A stretch of DNA of 51,535 bases from a virus (lineage: Duplodnaviria > Caudoviricetes), in the IMG/VR virus record IMGVR_UViG_3300021411_000008, positions 1 through 51,535 of that record, one strand, 5' to 3'. Below, in pieces: positions 26,627-35,994 of the stretch. The notes under the pieces were generated by a model, which was not told the origin of the DNA, searched no databases, and saw only the letters and a program-made list of their open reading frames with translations. The position numbers and the translations under genes are program-made. Position 1 is the stretch's first letter. Every line of letters begins with the position of its first letter.

Positions 26627-28146
26627 GGCGCACCTCGTTGATAATCAAGCTTCTTCATCTGCTTCTCTTCATCCTCGAGCATGTCCTCCGCATCCTCGTC
26701 GTCGTCATACATCAATCCTTGTAGAGCAGAGCAACCAATTCCGACAGTTTCTAAGATATCGTCGTGCTGCACCGCAGGATATTCCGTGAACTGCTGAATA
26801 AAGTCCACCATCGTCGGCGACACATATAAATGTCCGTTTGAAGCGGGACCACTCAACCCATCCACGATCTTCGTGTATTTGCTTCTCTTGTCGTCCGACT
26901 CGAAGATCACGAAATACTGTCTCCGCTTTTCCATTGCGGTCCTCAACAACCATGCTAAGGTACGTTGGTATGCCACCGATTCCACAATCGTCTTCATAGG
27001 GCGCCATTTCATAGAAAGCCGGAAGAACTCCGAAATAGTCCATGAGGGGTCGTGACCCGTCTTCGCCGAGTATTCGAGCACGTAGAAATCCGATTTGAAT
27101 CTCCCCATCACTGTTATAGCTTCGAAGTCCTTCTTCTTCAATCCTTGCGCAATCTGAATCTCGCTTGGTGGCGGAACCGGGTCGATGATCATAACAACTG
27201 ACATCTGATTGCGGGGTGGAGTAAGTTCGTAATAGTTCAGCCAATGCGGGAGGAACGTAGCCGTCTCCTGAGATATGATACGACACTCTTTCTCCCGAAT
27301 GAATATCGAAAGCTGATTGCGCCGAATCGCATTCTCTTTTTCCGCTCTGACGACTTGTGTAGGAAATCTCTCTTCCCATGAACTTTCCTGTTCCTCGAGT
27401 GGCAGGTCTTCGGTATCTCGTGTAAAACAACCAAACCGAAAACTTGTCCACTCCGGGTCTTGCAATGACTTCATGCTAATATCTTCAATATTGTGAGGAG
27501 TCTGCAATAGCACCATTTTAGCATCGGGAGATTCAGATGCGGGAGCCAAAGATTCCTTAAGCGCACCATAAACCAAGTCTTCAGTTTTCTTTCTCTGAAC
27601 TGGTGTGGATGTATTCTCCTCGTCCAAAATATCATCAAGCACAATAAGATCAGGCCGGTAGTCATCAATATTAATACCACGTACAGAGCCTGTAACACCG
27701 AGTGCAATGATTGTAATAGGTATCTCTTCAATGCCATGGAGTATCTCACATTCTACATCTTGCCATTTACTTCCCGGGCGTAGTTGGAAAGTGTCTGCGA
27801 AGAAACGGTTATATTCAATTTGCTTTCTGAGCCACTTAACTGAATGCAGAGCGTGGTCTTGAGATTTGCCAACCCAGAGAACTGTGTGAGCATTTCCATA
27901 TGCGATTCTCTTAGCGCCAAAGATACGGCAGATAGTAGTTTTTGCTCCGCCTCTGAACATTTGGAGGCTAACAAGTCGGGCATTTGAATCGAGATAGCTC
28001 CAAGCTCGTTTGTGGAATTCCGGTGTGCTCTGCCGAACAGTCTTCGGGAAGAATGTATGAGCGAAGAAATTGGAGTCAACGGCCCCAAGCGCGACAATCT
28101 CCCGAAGGTCCATTTCTTCTTGTATGATGCGGCCATCGTCCATCAC
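26623..28146 (-). CDS. terL: Terminase large subunit
   Basis: Walker A FRGGAKTT, Walker B RPDLIVLDD, RNase H-like nuclease IIDP and HDDILE. Confidence 0.9.
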   Translation of the reverse strand: MMDDGRIIQEEMDLREIVALGAVDSNFFAHTFFPKTVRQSTPEFHKRAWSYLDSNARLVSLQMFRGGAKTTICRIFGAKRIAYGNAHTVLWVGKSQDHALHSVKWLRKQIEYNRFFADTFQLRPGSKWQDVECEILHGIEEIPITIIALGVTGSVRGINIDDYRPDLIVLDDILDEENTSTPVQRKKTEDLVYGALKESLAPASESPDAKMVLLQTPHNIEDISMKSLQDPEWTSFRFGCFTRDTEDLPLEEQESSWEERFPTQVVRAEKENAIRRNQLSIFIREKECRIISQETATFLPHWLNYYELTPPRNQMSVVMIIDPVPPPSEIQIAQGLKKKDFEAITVMGRFKSDFYVLEYSAKTGHDPSWTISEFFRLSMKWRPMKTIVESVAYQRTLAWLLRTAMEKRRQYFVIFESDDKRSKYTKIVDGLSGPASNGHLYVSPTMVDFIQQFTEYPAVQHDDILETVGIGCSALQGLMYDDDEDAEDMLEDEEKQMKKLDYQRGAP

Positions 28147-28682
28147 TTCTTCAGCTTCCTAATCGGGTCATAACGCGGGTTCCAAATGTGAATCGCGATG
28201 CGACCCGGCTCAGCATTAACGAGCTTTTCCTCGTGGTAATATTTCTCGGGAAAGACAACATGTGGCTCGTGCCACTGTACAAGCTCCACCGCAGCAAACG
28301 CAAACTGTGGAAACATGAATCTGAGTACAGGCTCGTAAAGCTTCCTGAGTTGCGTGTAAGCTTCATAACAATGCTGGAGCTTAATTTCGATTGCGGTGAG
28401 CTTTCTAGCCTTTTCGTCCACCAGCAAACAATCCGGCTGACAATAGCGAACCGTACCCGGCTTATCGCCTTCCGATGCAAACGCAATCCACGGGGAGCGA
28501 ACAATTTTGACCCCGGCACTTTGCATCCGGACTTCTCTAGCAATATACTCTTGCGCCTTATTCTCATAAACCTGTCCAGTACGTCTGGCTCCGGTTGATT
28601 TGGTAGGCTTGCCTATAAACGAAGGAGGTTCGCAAAATCTAGCTTCTCGAACAATCCCCGCGGGAATACAAACTCTTCGCAA
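28143..28682 (-). CDS. PD-(D/E)XK-like nuclease between TerS and TerL
   Basis: G..YE, QPDCLLV, IEIKLQ and QL..LY motifs. Confidence 0.6.
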   Translation of the reverse strand: MRRVCIPAGIVREARFCEPPSFIGKPTKSTGARRTGQVYENKAQEYIAREVRMQSAGVKIVRSPWIAFASEGDKPGTVRYCQPDCLLVDEKARKLTAIEIKLQHCYEAYTQLRKLYEPVLRFMFPQFAFAAVELVQWHEPHVVFPEKYYHEEKLVNAEPGRIAIHIWNPRYDPIRKLKK

Positions 28683-28686
28683 GCTC

Positions 28687-29448
28687 TTAATCTCCTATAT
28701 CTTCATCTCCTGCTTCAGCTACATAAACACGTCCGAGGAAATCGTCTACCAAAGATTTCGTAGCTTCCTCACTCCGCTCCGCTACAGCCGCCTTCTGCTC
28801 CTCGGTCGGCCCCCGACGTGGCGGGATCGAATCGTGCTCGATCACCAAACCATCGCGGGTGATATTCGGTGGCGGGATATCCGTATGAATTGCTTCGGCC
28901 CCGGAGCCAAGAAGACGTCTGTCCTCTAACTGCTTCGGGGCCGAACCATTATCCTTGAACTCTACAGCATTCTGCTCCTGGAGCTTTGCCCGTGTAGCGC
29001 GGGCCTCTGCGAGTACATTCCGATCGATGATATTAATCACACCATGATTCGTAATGCCGCCCTGTCCCTGTAGCGGAACATTAACATTCGCATTCTTGTT
29101 TCCAAAGCCGAGAGACTTCAACGCCGTCTCGCTGACTTCACGAAGCGTGCTCAATCCCATTGACTCACCCTCCTTTTCCATCCGACGGGTTAGAGTTTCT
29201 AGCGATATCTCAGCGAGTCCTTCAACCCGCTCACGTATTCCCTGATCGACCGCGCTGGAGTGCAAACCTCTCCGCTCAGCCCACCGCTCTTGAAACGCAT
29301 CCGAGTTCTTTACAGTCGAAAGCCAACTCATGCTGACATCAAAATAATCCGCCGCCTGCTTCAACCCTGCTCGCGGCTGCGCTAACATGAAATCCATGAG
29401 TTCTTCATGCCACGCGCTGATTTTCTTAATCTCGGCAGACTCGGACAT
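28687..29448 (-). CDS. terS: Terminase small subunit (putative)
   Basis: N-terminal HTH (LKQAADYFDVSMSWLSTV..SDAF), helical oligomerization segment; first gene of the late arm. Confidence 0.65.
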   Translation of the reverse strand: MSESAEIKKISAWHEELMDFMLAQPRAGLKQAADYFDVSMSWLSTVKNSDAFQERWAERRGLHSSAVDQGIRERVEGLAEISLETLTRRMEKEGESMGLSTLREVSETALKSLGFGNKNANVNVPLQGQGGITNHGVINIIDRNVLAEARATRAKLQEQNAVEFKDNGSAPKQLEDRRLLGSGAEAIHTDIPPPNITRDGLVIEHDSIPPRRGPTEEQKAAVAERSEEATKSLVDDFLGRVYVAEAGDEDIGD

Positions 29449-29515
29449 TCTAAAACCGTGCGCCCTCGTAAATTGTGTCGGTTACGTGCGGACCGTGCGC
29501 CGGTCCATCGCGCAT

Positions 29516-29544
29516 GTATTAGCACGCGCGCGCATAGGAGTCAA
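29516..29544 (-). promoter_or_regulatory. Putative sigma70-type promoter of the packaging/virion arm
   Basis: Minus strand TTGACT-N17-TAATAC, ~70 bp upstream of terS. Confidence 0.4.
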
Positions 29545-29589
29545 ATGCTTTCGGTCCTAATTGAATTCTAACCGTGTGCCGGTTGATCG

Positions 29590-29614
29590 CATACTTAATA
29601 ATTCATTAAGTGTG
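29590..29614. promoter_or_regulatory. Palindromic operator-like site with TTAA-N7-TTAA core
   Basis: CATACTTAA-TAATTCA-TTAAGTGTG. Confidence 0.7.
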
Positions 29615-29848
29615 TCGTTTCAGATTTACTCACAAAGTTTGCCGAATCAACAGTGTGGGTGTTCTGGCCGCGGGCCTGCGGGGTGGAGCCGGGCGGGGGT
29701 ACTTGCGAATATGTGTGCAAGTATTGAGCATAGTATATATAATACGAGTAGTATAGATACTGGCGCGGCCAAAGATAATACTATGAATACTACAATACAT
29801 TCAATCGAGTAATATTAAATCGATTAGTTGCCAGTATTGCCCGCATAT

Positions 29849-30202
<354 letters not shown>

Positions 30203-30479
30203 CAAAACCAGCGCAGCTGGACAAATGTGGCAACAAAAACGATTGTTCACATTCCATTGACAATGAGAGATGTTCGTAAGAGTGAACAAACCGTGAAAAT
30301 CGCGCGAAGAAAAAATATGATGGATCATACACGGAAAGAGGAAACTCGCTCTATAAGCCGCTATGAGGCTTTAAACAGCTATGGGTATTATCAGCTATTC
30401 CGCTTGCCATATGCGAGTATATGTATATAATGAGAGATTGAAGGACCGATTAGCGGTCCTGATTGGTGGAGTAGGCAAA

Positions 30480-30731
30480 ATGAAATTACCATCGCATACA
30501 ACGCGGTATTTTGCGGAGCAAGCCTATCGCGCATTGATGACAACAGGACGTAGCGAACCGCGCCAATACAAGACGGTACAAGGCGTTATGATAGTTGTAA
30601 CGTATTGCCGGAATGAAATGGTGCTTGACGCTAACGGGAATCCTGATCGTTACATGCTAGTAGAATGGCAGGACGAAAAGGGTAACTGGAAGGCGAAAAC
30701 AGAAACGGTGCGGAAAGGATGGAATTACTGA
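30480..30731 (+). CDS. Early hypothetical protein
   Basis: RBS GGAG; first gene of a coupled 4-gene unit. Confidence 0.55.
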   Translation: MKLPSHTTRYFAEQAYRALMTTGRSEPRQYKTVQGVMIVVTYCRNEMVLDANGNPDRYMLVEWQDEKGNWKAKTETVRKGWNY

Positions 30732-30732
30732 T

Positions 30733-30996
30733 ATGACCAAAGATAACAAAACAAGCGATGATTACAGACAGGAATCGGCGTTTAATCTTTTGGGACCGTG
30801 GAAACAAATCGATATGCGATCCCTGTATACCGACTCGCTAAACATGATTGCAGCATGCAAGCGTAATCCAGCTTATTGCGACATAGTACTAGGCTGGATT
30901 ACAGAAAGCGCGCAGCATGCGGAAACTCAACACGAAATCGAAGTATACGGCTTGACGTACACCGCGATTGAAAAGGTAAAGGAGAATTTACAATGA
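30733..30996 (+). CDS. Early hypothetical protein
   Basis: 87 aa, coupled. Confidence 0.55.
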   Translation: MTKDNKTSDDYRQESAFNLLGPWKQIDMRSLYTDSLNMIAACKRNPAYCDIVLGWITESAQHAETQHEIEVYGLTYTAIEKVKENLQ

Positions 30997-31286
30997 ACCG
31001 GCAGGATGAGATTAATCTGGCACTGGCACACAATAACACGATGGGTAAACGACTCGGCACGATTGCCGACACTGCGATATGGTCACAGAAGCAATCGCGG
31101 CTTTTGTATATGGTGGCGCGCGATGCAAGGTTTAACTTTGCGACCGATCATGATCTAGACCGCTATCTAAACTTCGCGAATCGTGCCGCGATTGAGTCGG
31201 CATTTGCGCGCAACATGGCCGATATCGCAATCGGCAACTGGTACGATAACGATGAGAAAAACAACAATTGGGAGTCACAGTCATGA
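30993..31286 (+). CDS. Early hypothetical protein
   Basis: 97 aa, RBS AAGGAG, ATGA overlap. Confidence 0.55.
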   Translation: MNRQDEINLALAHNNTMGKRLGTIADTAIWSQKQSRLLYMVARDARFNFATDHDLDRYLNFANRAAIESAFARNMADIAIGNWYDNDEKNNNWESQS

Positions 31287-31408
31287 CATTTACAATCATT
31301 AGCGCAATCGCGCTTATCATCTTAGTGGCGATCTTGGCAACGCCTATATGGGCAGACTTTCAATATGCCCGCTATGTACGGGAATGGGAGTCCAAAGTCT
31401 GGTACTAA
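31283..31408 (+). CDS. 41-aa single-TM peptide (not in ORF track)
   Basis: MTFTIISAIALIILVAILATPIWADFQYARYVREWESKVWY*; ATGA overlap, RBS GGAG. Confidence 0.5.
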   Translation: MTFTIISAIALIILVAILATPIWADFQYARYVREWESKVWY

Positions 31409-31440
31409 GCCCATATTAGCCCACACAACGCATTTATAAC

Positions 31441-31479
31441 AAAGCGGTCCCATAGTAGCATATGGGACCGCTTTCTTTT
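31441..31479 (+). terminator. Intrinsic terminator
   Basis: 14-bp perfect stem AAAGCGGTCCCATA/TATGGGACCGCTTT followed by CTTTT. Confidence 0.85.
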
Positions 31480-31510
31480 GTGTAGCCTTGTATGGCGGAA
31501 TTTAGACGTG

Positions 31511-31546
31511 AAAAATCCGGCACAATCAAATCAATGATTGTGCCGG
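31511..31546 (-). terminator. Intrinsic terminator of the minus-strand 196-aa gene
   Basis: 12-bp stem CCGGCACAATCA/TGATTGTGCCGG followed by ATTTTT on the minus strand. Confidence 0.8.
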
Positions 31547-31571
31547 TTAGCTGGTAGAGATTTACAGTGTT

Positions 31572-32162
31572 TTAGAAATCAAGACCGCTTTCAGCGGTAT
31601 GACCCTGTGCAGTAACGCCGAGTGCTTGCGCACGTGCAGCGGCCTTTTGTGCCACGATTGCAGCAAGTGCGGCCGCAACCTTTGGATTCGCCTTGCTCTT
31701 CGCACGAGTCGCCTCATCGGCGGCAAGCTTGGCCTTGATGGTTTCAACGTCAACATTCTTGCCCTCGCTTGCGAGAACCGACTGAACAGCTTCGGCAAGG
31801 TCGCCAATGCGCAAACCGCCTTCGCGTTCGCTTGTCCAAACGCCGTTGCGCAAATTGTCCATTGTGGACTCAAGGTCTTCGATCATCTGTGATACGTTGC
31901 CTTTGGCCGTATTATAGGACCGCTGCAACTTGATGTTCAGACCTTGGCAAATTGCCATATGCGTGATCGATTCGTTGATTTCATCAAGTCTGAAATCATA
32001 AGGCGAATCAACACCGTCGAATGTAAAACGAAGCGCGACGGTGTTTTCGTCTGGCGACTTTGTTACGGTGTCGTCATTCGAGATATAGCTGGATTTTGAA
32101 ACCGCGCGCTTTGCATCTGTTGCAGTCGCGCCATTGCCGTTAGTTTCATTTTTCTTAGCCAT
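31572..32162 (-). CDS. Stand-alone 196-aa protein with an Ala/Lys-rich helical C-terminus
   Basis: Only credible minus-strand gene in the early arm; has its own RBS (AGAGG), promoter and terminator. Confidence 0.75.
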   Translation of the reverse strand: MAKKNETNGNGATATDAKRAVSKSSYISNDDTVTKSPDENTVALRFTFDGVDSPYDFRLDEINESITHMAICQGLNIKLQRSYNTAKGNVSQMIEDLESTMDNLRNGVWTSEREGGLRIGDLAEAVQSVLASEGKNVDVETIKAKLAADEATRAKSKANPKVAAALAAIVAQKAAARAQALGVTAQGHTAESGLDF

Positions 32163-32287
32163 GATAGTTTTTAACCCTCTTTTACAAATAGGTACAAACC
32201 GGACGTCATGCCCGATTTAAAAATCCCTATTCGGTTTTCAAAGAACACAAGCCGGTAAAACCGCCTTGGCATGCACTTACAACGCCG

Positions 32288-32315
32288 ATAATAATGATTT
32301 GCGACGGTATGTCAA
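32288..32315 (-). promoter_or_regulatory. Near-consensus sigma70 promoter
   Basis: Minus strand TTGACA-N16-TATTAT, ~125 bp upstream of the 196-aa gene. Confidence 0.65.
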
Positions 32316-32470
32316 CCGATTATTTTCGCGGTCCGGTTAATGGCAGGACCGGACGTTAGCTAACAGCGGTCTCACGCGCGCGCATATGCGTGCCTATTCC
32401 ATCCAGATTTCTTGCCTATCCCTTGCCACACACAAGGCCATAGGGCGTGATTTAGAATGTTTGGCTAGGC

Positions 32471-32495
32471 CACACTTAACAATTTATTAAGTGCG
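32471..32495. promoter_or_regulatory. Palindromic operator-like site with TTAA-N7-TTAA core
   Basis: CACACTTAA-CAATTTA-TTAAGTGCG, in the divergent intergenic region. Confidence 0.7.
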
Positions 32496-32609
32496 TCCTT
32501 AACCCGCTATGGGCATATATAGCCATATTGTCATTTTGCTTGTTTTGCCGTAGTATACCCAAGGGGCAAACTTTGCCTATACTTTCCTTTACTTATTCGG
32601 AGAACTAGT

Positions 32610-32900
32610 ATGTTACTCGCTCCAACTATAACCCTAGCTGCTAGTGGGAATATTGCAGTTCATTTCTATCATGCGGAAAACTCGCTACATACAGTTGAGA
32701 TTCCGCATAACTTAAACGGGATGCGATTGCTACACCAAATATTGAAAGCGCGTGATCAACACCAAACGCGGCTTGGCGAGCTTGGCAATCCGACGCAAGC
32801 TATTGTTGACGCTTGGTTGAAAAGCAAGAAAGTTCAGGATGAGCAAGAAAAGCTCGAAAGAGAAAAGCAAAACTTGTCTGATTTATTGGAGTTATTTTGA
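32610..32900 (+). CDS. Early hypothetical protein ending QNLSDLLELF
   Basis: 96 aa, RBS GGAG. Confidence 0.6.
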   Translation: MLLAPTITLAASGNIAVHFYHAENSLHTVEIPHNLNGMRLLHQILKARDQHQTRLGELGNPTQAIVDAWLKSKKVQDEQEKLEREKQNLSDLLELF

Positions 32901-33025
32901 TGAAACATAAAGAAAACATGGCGATTTCGTTACTAGGCGTAATATTCTGGGTATCGATGGTATTACTCTACATTTATATCATGAGTAATATGCCCGCGCA
33001 GGAATGTTGGCGGGATTATTGCTAG
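32900..33025 (+). CDS. 41-aa single-TM peptide (not in ORF track)
   Basis: TGATG coupling; MKHKENMAISLLGVIFWVSMVLLYIYIMSNMPAQECWRDYC*. Confidence 0.45.
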   Translation: MKHKENMAISLLGVIFWVSMVLLYIYIMSNMPAQECWRDYC

Positions 33026-33066
33026 AAAACGCTTCTAAGGAAGCAAACCAATTCCAACGGAAAGTA

Positions 33067-33234
33067 ATGCAAATGTTTGAAATCGTCATAGCAATATTTC
33101 TACTCGGGTTTGCAGTAGCAATGTTTCAAGTATTCCTTGCATTGCTACTCGCACTAATCGAAAACTGGAAAACAGTGCTAGGAATAGCATTGGTGATTTA
33201 TGGATTTATGTATTTCACTCACATCGGAGGATAA
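33067..33234 (+). CDS. Small two-TM membrane protein
   Basis: Two long hydrophobic stretches. Confidence 0.5.
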   Translation: MQMFEIVIAIFLLGFAVAMFQVFLALLLALIENWKTVLGIALVIYGFMYFTHIGG

Positions 33235-33238
33235 AGCA

Positions 33239-33958
33239 GTGAATACCGAAAAAGACATTAAAAACGTAACACGAAAGATCAAAGCCTTGCTCGCCAAGAC
33301 TGTTGAAGCCGGAGCGACCGAAGCTGAAGCGATGTTAGCTTTTACGAAAGCACACGAATTGCTTGCAGAATACCAGCTTAACCTGTCCGACCTCGATATC
33401 CGCGAAGAGGGCACCGAGCATGTTCAGAAAGATATAAATACATACGTTGATCGTTTATGTGTACGAGTCGGCAAGTATTGCGAATGCAAAACATGGCGCG
33501 GCGATTGGGACAAGAAAGTCGGCTACACGAAAGTGAATTTTATCGGTATCAAAACCGATGCGGATTTCGCCGAATGGTTGATGACTGCACTCGTGTCGTA
33601 TGTTGCCGGTCGTGAGATGGCTTTCCTTTGGAGCGATGAATGCGACAGTGGAAATTCGGCGCATGATTTCGTGTCTGGCTGCATCGATCGCATTAATGAG
33701 CGACTCAAGGAAGAAATCGACAAGCGTGAGTTTGCACGCAGCTGGACCGCTTCAACAGGCCGCGATCTTGTACCGCTGAAGAATGCGATGATTGCGGAAA
33801 AATTCAACCAACTCGGCATAAGGCTTGTTGCTTCACGCAAGACAAACTATCGCGTGATGGATCAGAACGCATTCAATGCCGGTCAAGCGGCGGGCGACGG
33901 CGTAAGCTTTAATCGCCCGATACATTCCGACTCTAACACGCAAAGGTTATTGAAATGA
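33239..33958 (+). CDS. DUF2786-domain protein
   Basis: KIKALLAKT...ATEAEA..A..KAHELLAEY N-terminus and AFNAGQAAG C-terminus; RBS GGAGG plus GTG. Confidence 0.75.
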   Translation: MNTEKDIKNVTRKIKALLAKTVEAGATEAEAMLAFTKAHELLAEYQLNLSDLDIREEGTEHVQKDINTYVDRLCVRVGKYCECKTWRGDWDKKVGYTKVNFIGIKTDADFAEWLMTALVSYVAGREMAFLWSDECDSGNSAHDFVSGCIDRINERLKEEIDKREFARSWTASTGRDLVPLKNAMIAEKFNQLGIRLVASRKTNYRVMDQNAFNAGQAAGDGVSFNRPIHSDSNTQRLLK

Positions 33959-34931
33959 TAATGGGAATCACTGGCAATCCCGCAATAATATTTGCCGTTG
34001 CGTTGAGCAACAATACTGATCCAAAAGCTCAAGATCAGGTGTGTGATATTGGGAGGCCTTATGAAGATTGTGTAGAAAAGGCAAAACTCTACACACAGAC
34101 TTCTTACTATCAGACGGTTGAAGTCGTGGAGTTTATGGTCGTTAACAAGTGGAGCATTAAGTCATGATCAGAATCGAAACCGATAGTGGCCCGGTCGATA
34201 TGCGCTATGATGAAGATATCAAGATGATTGAAATATTCAACGACGGTCATCAGATACTCATGCGACCGCATCAAGCGCAAAAGGTTATGGAAAATCTTCA
34301 GCGCTTGGTACACTTTCATGACGAACTGGGATTCGAGCAATCTGGCGCGAAAGATCATATCGCCTATTGCAACGCTGATGGGAAGTCATTCCAAGGTCCA
34401 TATGCGGTGCTGGTTATCCAGCCGAATTGGAGTGAGTTTCGTATGCACAACGAAGCAGTAGCATTCGCGTTTCAAAACAAAGCTAAGGCGGGAGATTTAT
34501 ATACTCACTATCGCCTTATGCGGCGCAATACAGACAGTGATAAATTATACCCAACGGGAGTATCTGCATCATGAACAGCGAAATGAAACGCACTATCGAA
34601 GAGCTTGGGCGGCTTGTTATAGCCCGTAAGCCCGAGCTAGAAAGCGAATGGAAAGTACTGACTGAGATCGGCACTACTCCCGGTTACTGCGCTTTCCTCG
34701 ACAAATATTTCCCTATCGAATACGGTTGGGGAATGCGACCGATTCATGTATCGCCTCAGATATTAATGAGGGAGTATCCAGATGTGTGAATACATTCTCG
34801 TCCTCGACAACCACGTTATTGCAACAAAAAACTGCGACGGCGGTTCCGAAGCCAAGACATACTTTTGGCGAAAGTTCCCTGAAGAAGTATTGCTCGGTGC
34901 TATCGTATATCTTCGTGTCGGTGGTCAGTAA
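33955..34931 (+). other. Four coupled small hypothetical CDSs (33955-34167, 34164-34574, 34571-34789, 34782-34931)
   Basis: ATGA-type overlaps and RBSs; no recognisable motifs. Confidence 0.5.
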
Positions 34932-35025
34932 CATTCGTATCACCGGAGGAAGTGATTGGACTTGAAGCCTAGCCTCTTGGCTGGGTTTCTGGGGCAATCA
35001 GGCCCACTATGAGAGAGCCAACATT

Positions 35026-35895
35026 ATGAAACTTAGAGTAATCACTACACTAGTGGGAGCGTTGTTTGCGAGTACCGCGTACATGGATGGGGCATTCGCA
35101 CACAATACGGGATTTCCACATGAACACTCGTGCATCGCACCTGCCAGACTAACGATCTGGGGAGGATGCAACTATTATCAACCCGGAAGGACAAATCATA
35201 CTCATGGAAACATTAGTGGCACAAAGAGCAGTCATGCAACCGATTCAGACGGCGGAGCAGCTGGAAGACCTAGCGGTTCTACTGATGGATCAAATCAGTC
35301 AGCAAACGTCGGAGCAAATGCGGGAGCTGATGGACAAAACGGTGGAACGGGAGCGCAAGGCCCTCAAGGGCCAAAAGGCGCTGACGGCCAAAACGGTGCT
35401 CCGGGTGCCGACGGTCCAGCGGGTCCGGCTGGTCCTCAAGGTCCGAGCGGACCTAGTAATCCCGGCGGACAACACGGCGGTCATGGCGGCTCACACGGCA
35501 CGGGGTCTGGAGGTCACGAACACGGTGGCCATAATGGAGACTCTCACCATGGAGGTGGAAAAGGTAACGGACACGGCGGAGAACATCACGGCGACTCAGA
35601 CCATGATGGCCATAGCGGACATGATCAGCAAGGGCACAACGGGAGTGATAGCGATCATAACTCCCCATCAGGACACAACGGTGATGCTGGACATGGAGGT
35701 GACTCTGACCATAGTGGACCGGGAACTGGACATGAAAACGGCGATAAAGGAAATGCTCGTGGACATGATGCAAAATCGTCAGGAGAGCATGGACACGCTG
35801 GAGGACATGATAAAGGAGACAAAGGAGGCGGAGACTCCAAAGGAGGTAATGGAAGCGGAGGACATGGTAATAGTGGCAACGGGCGCGGCAAATAA
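35026..35895 (+). CDS. Secreted collagen-like, Gly/His-rich protein
   Basis: Signal peptide ending GAFA|H, 15 consecutive G-X-Y triplets, then a long G/H/D-rich tail. Confidence 0.75.
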   Translation: MKLRVITTLVGALFASTAYMDGAFAHNTGFPHEHSCIAPARLTIWGGCNYYQPGRTNHTHGNISGTKSSHATDSDGGAAGRPSGSTDGSNQSANVGANAGADGQNGGTGAQGPQGPKGADGQNGAPGADGPAGPAGPQGPSGPSNPGGQHGGHGGSHGTGSGGHEHGGHNGDSHHGGGKGNGHGGEHHGDSDHDGHSGHDQQGHNGSDSDHNSPSGHNGDAGHGGDSDHSGPGTGHENGDKGNARGHDAKSSGEHGHAGGHDKGDKGGGDSKGGNGSGGHGNSGNGRGK

Positions 35896-35994
35896 TTCGC
35901 CGTGGAAGCTTTAGTTAGCTTCTAGCCATTATAGTGAGGGAGCATGATCGCACAAATTGTGCTCCCAATCTATAATATCTAGGAAGGATAGCAG

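Noticed and set aside
29590-29614. Palindromes as dif/att recombination sites or CRISPR repeats
   Set aside because: No XerD-arm (TTATGTTAAAT) match, no recombinase gene, spacers differ between copies, and copies are dispersed at operon heads rather than arrayed.
35204-35914. 236-aa +1-frame ORF overlapping the collagen/His-rich gene
   Set aside because: An open alternative frame is expected from GGN/CAY/GAY-rich low-complexity codons; no independent evidence of overprinting.
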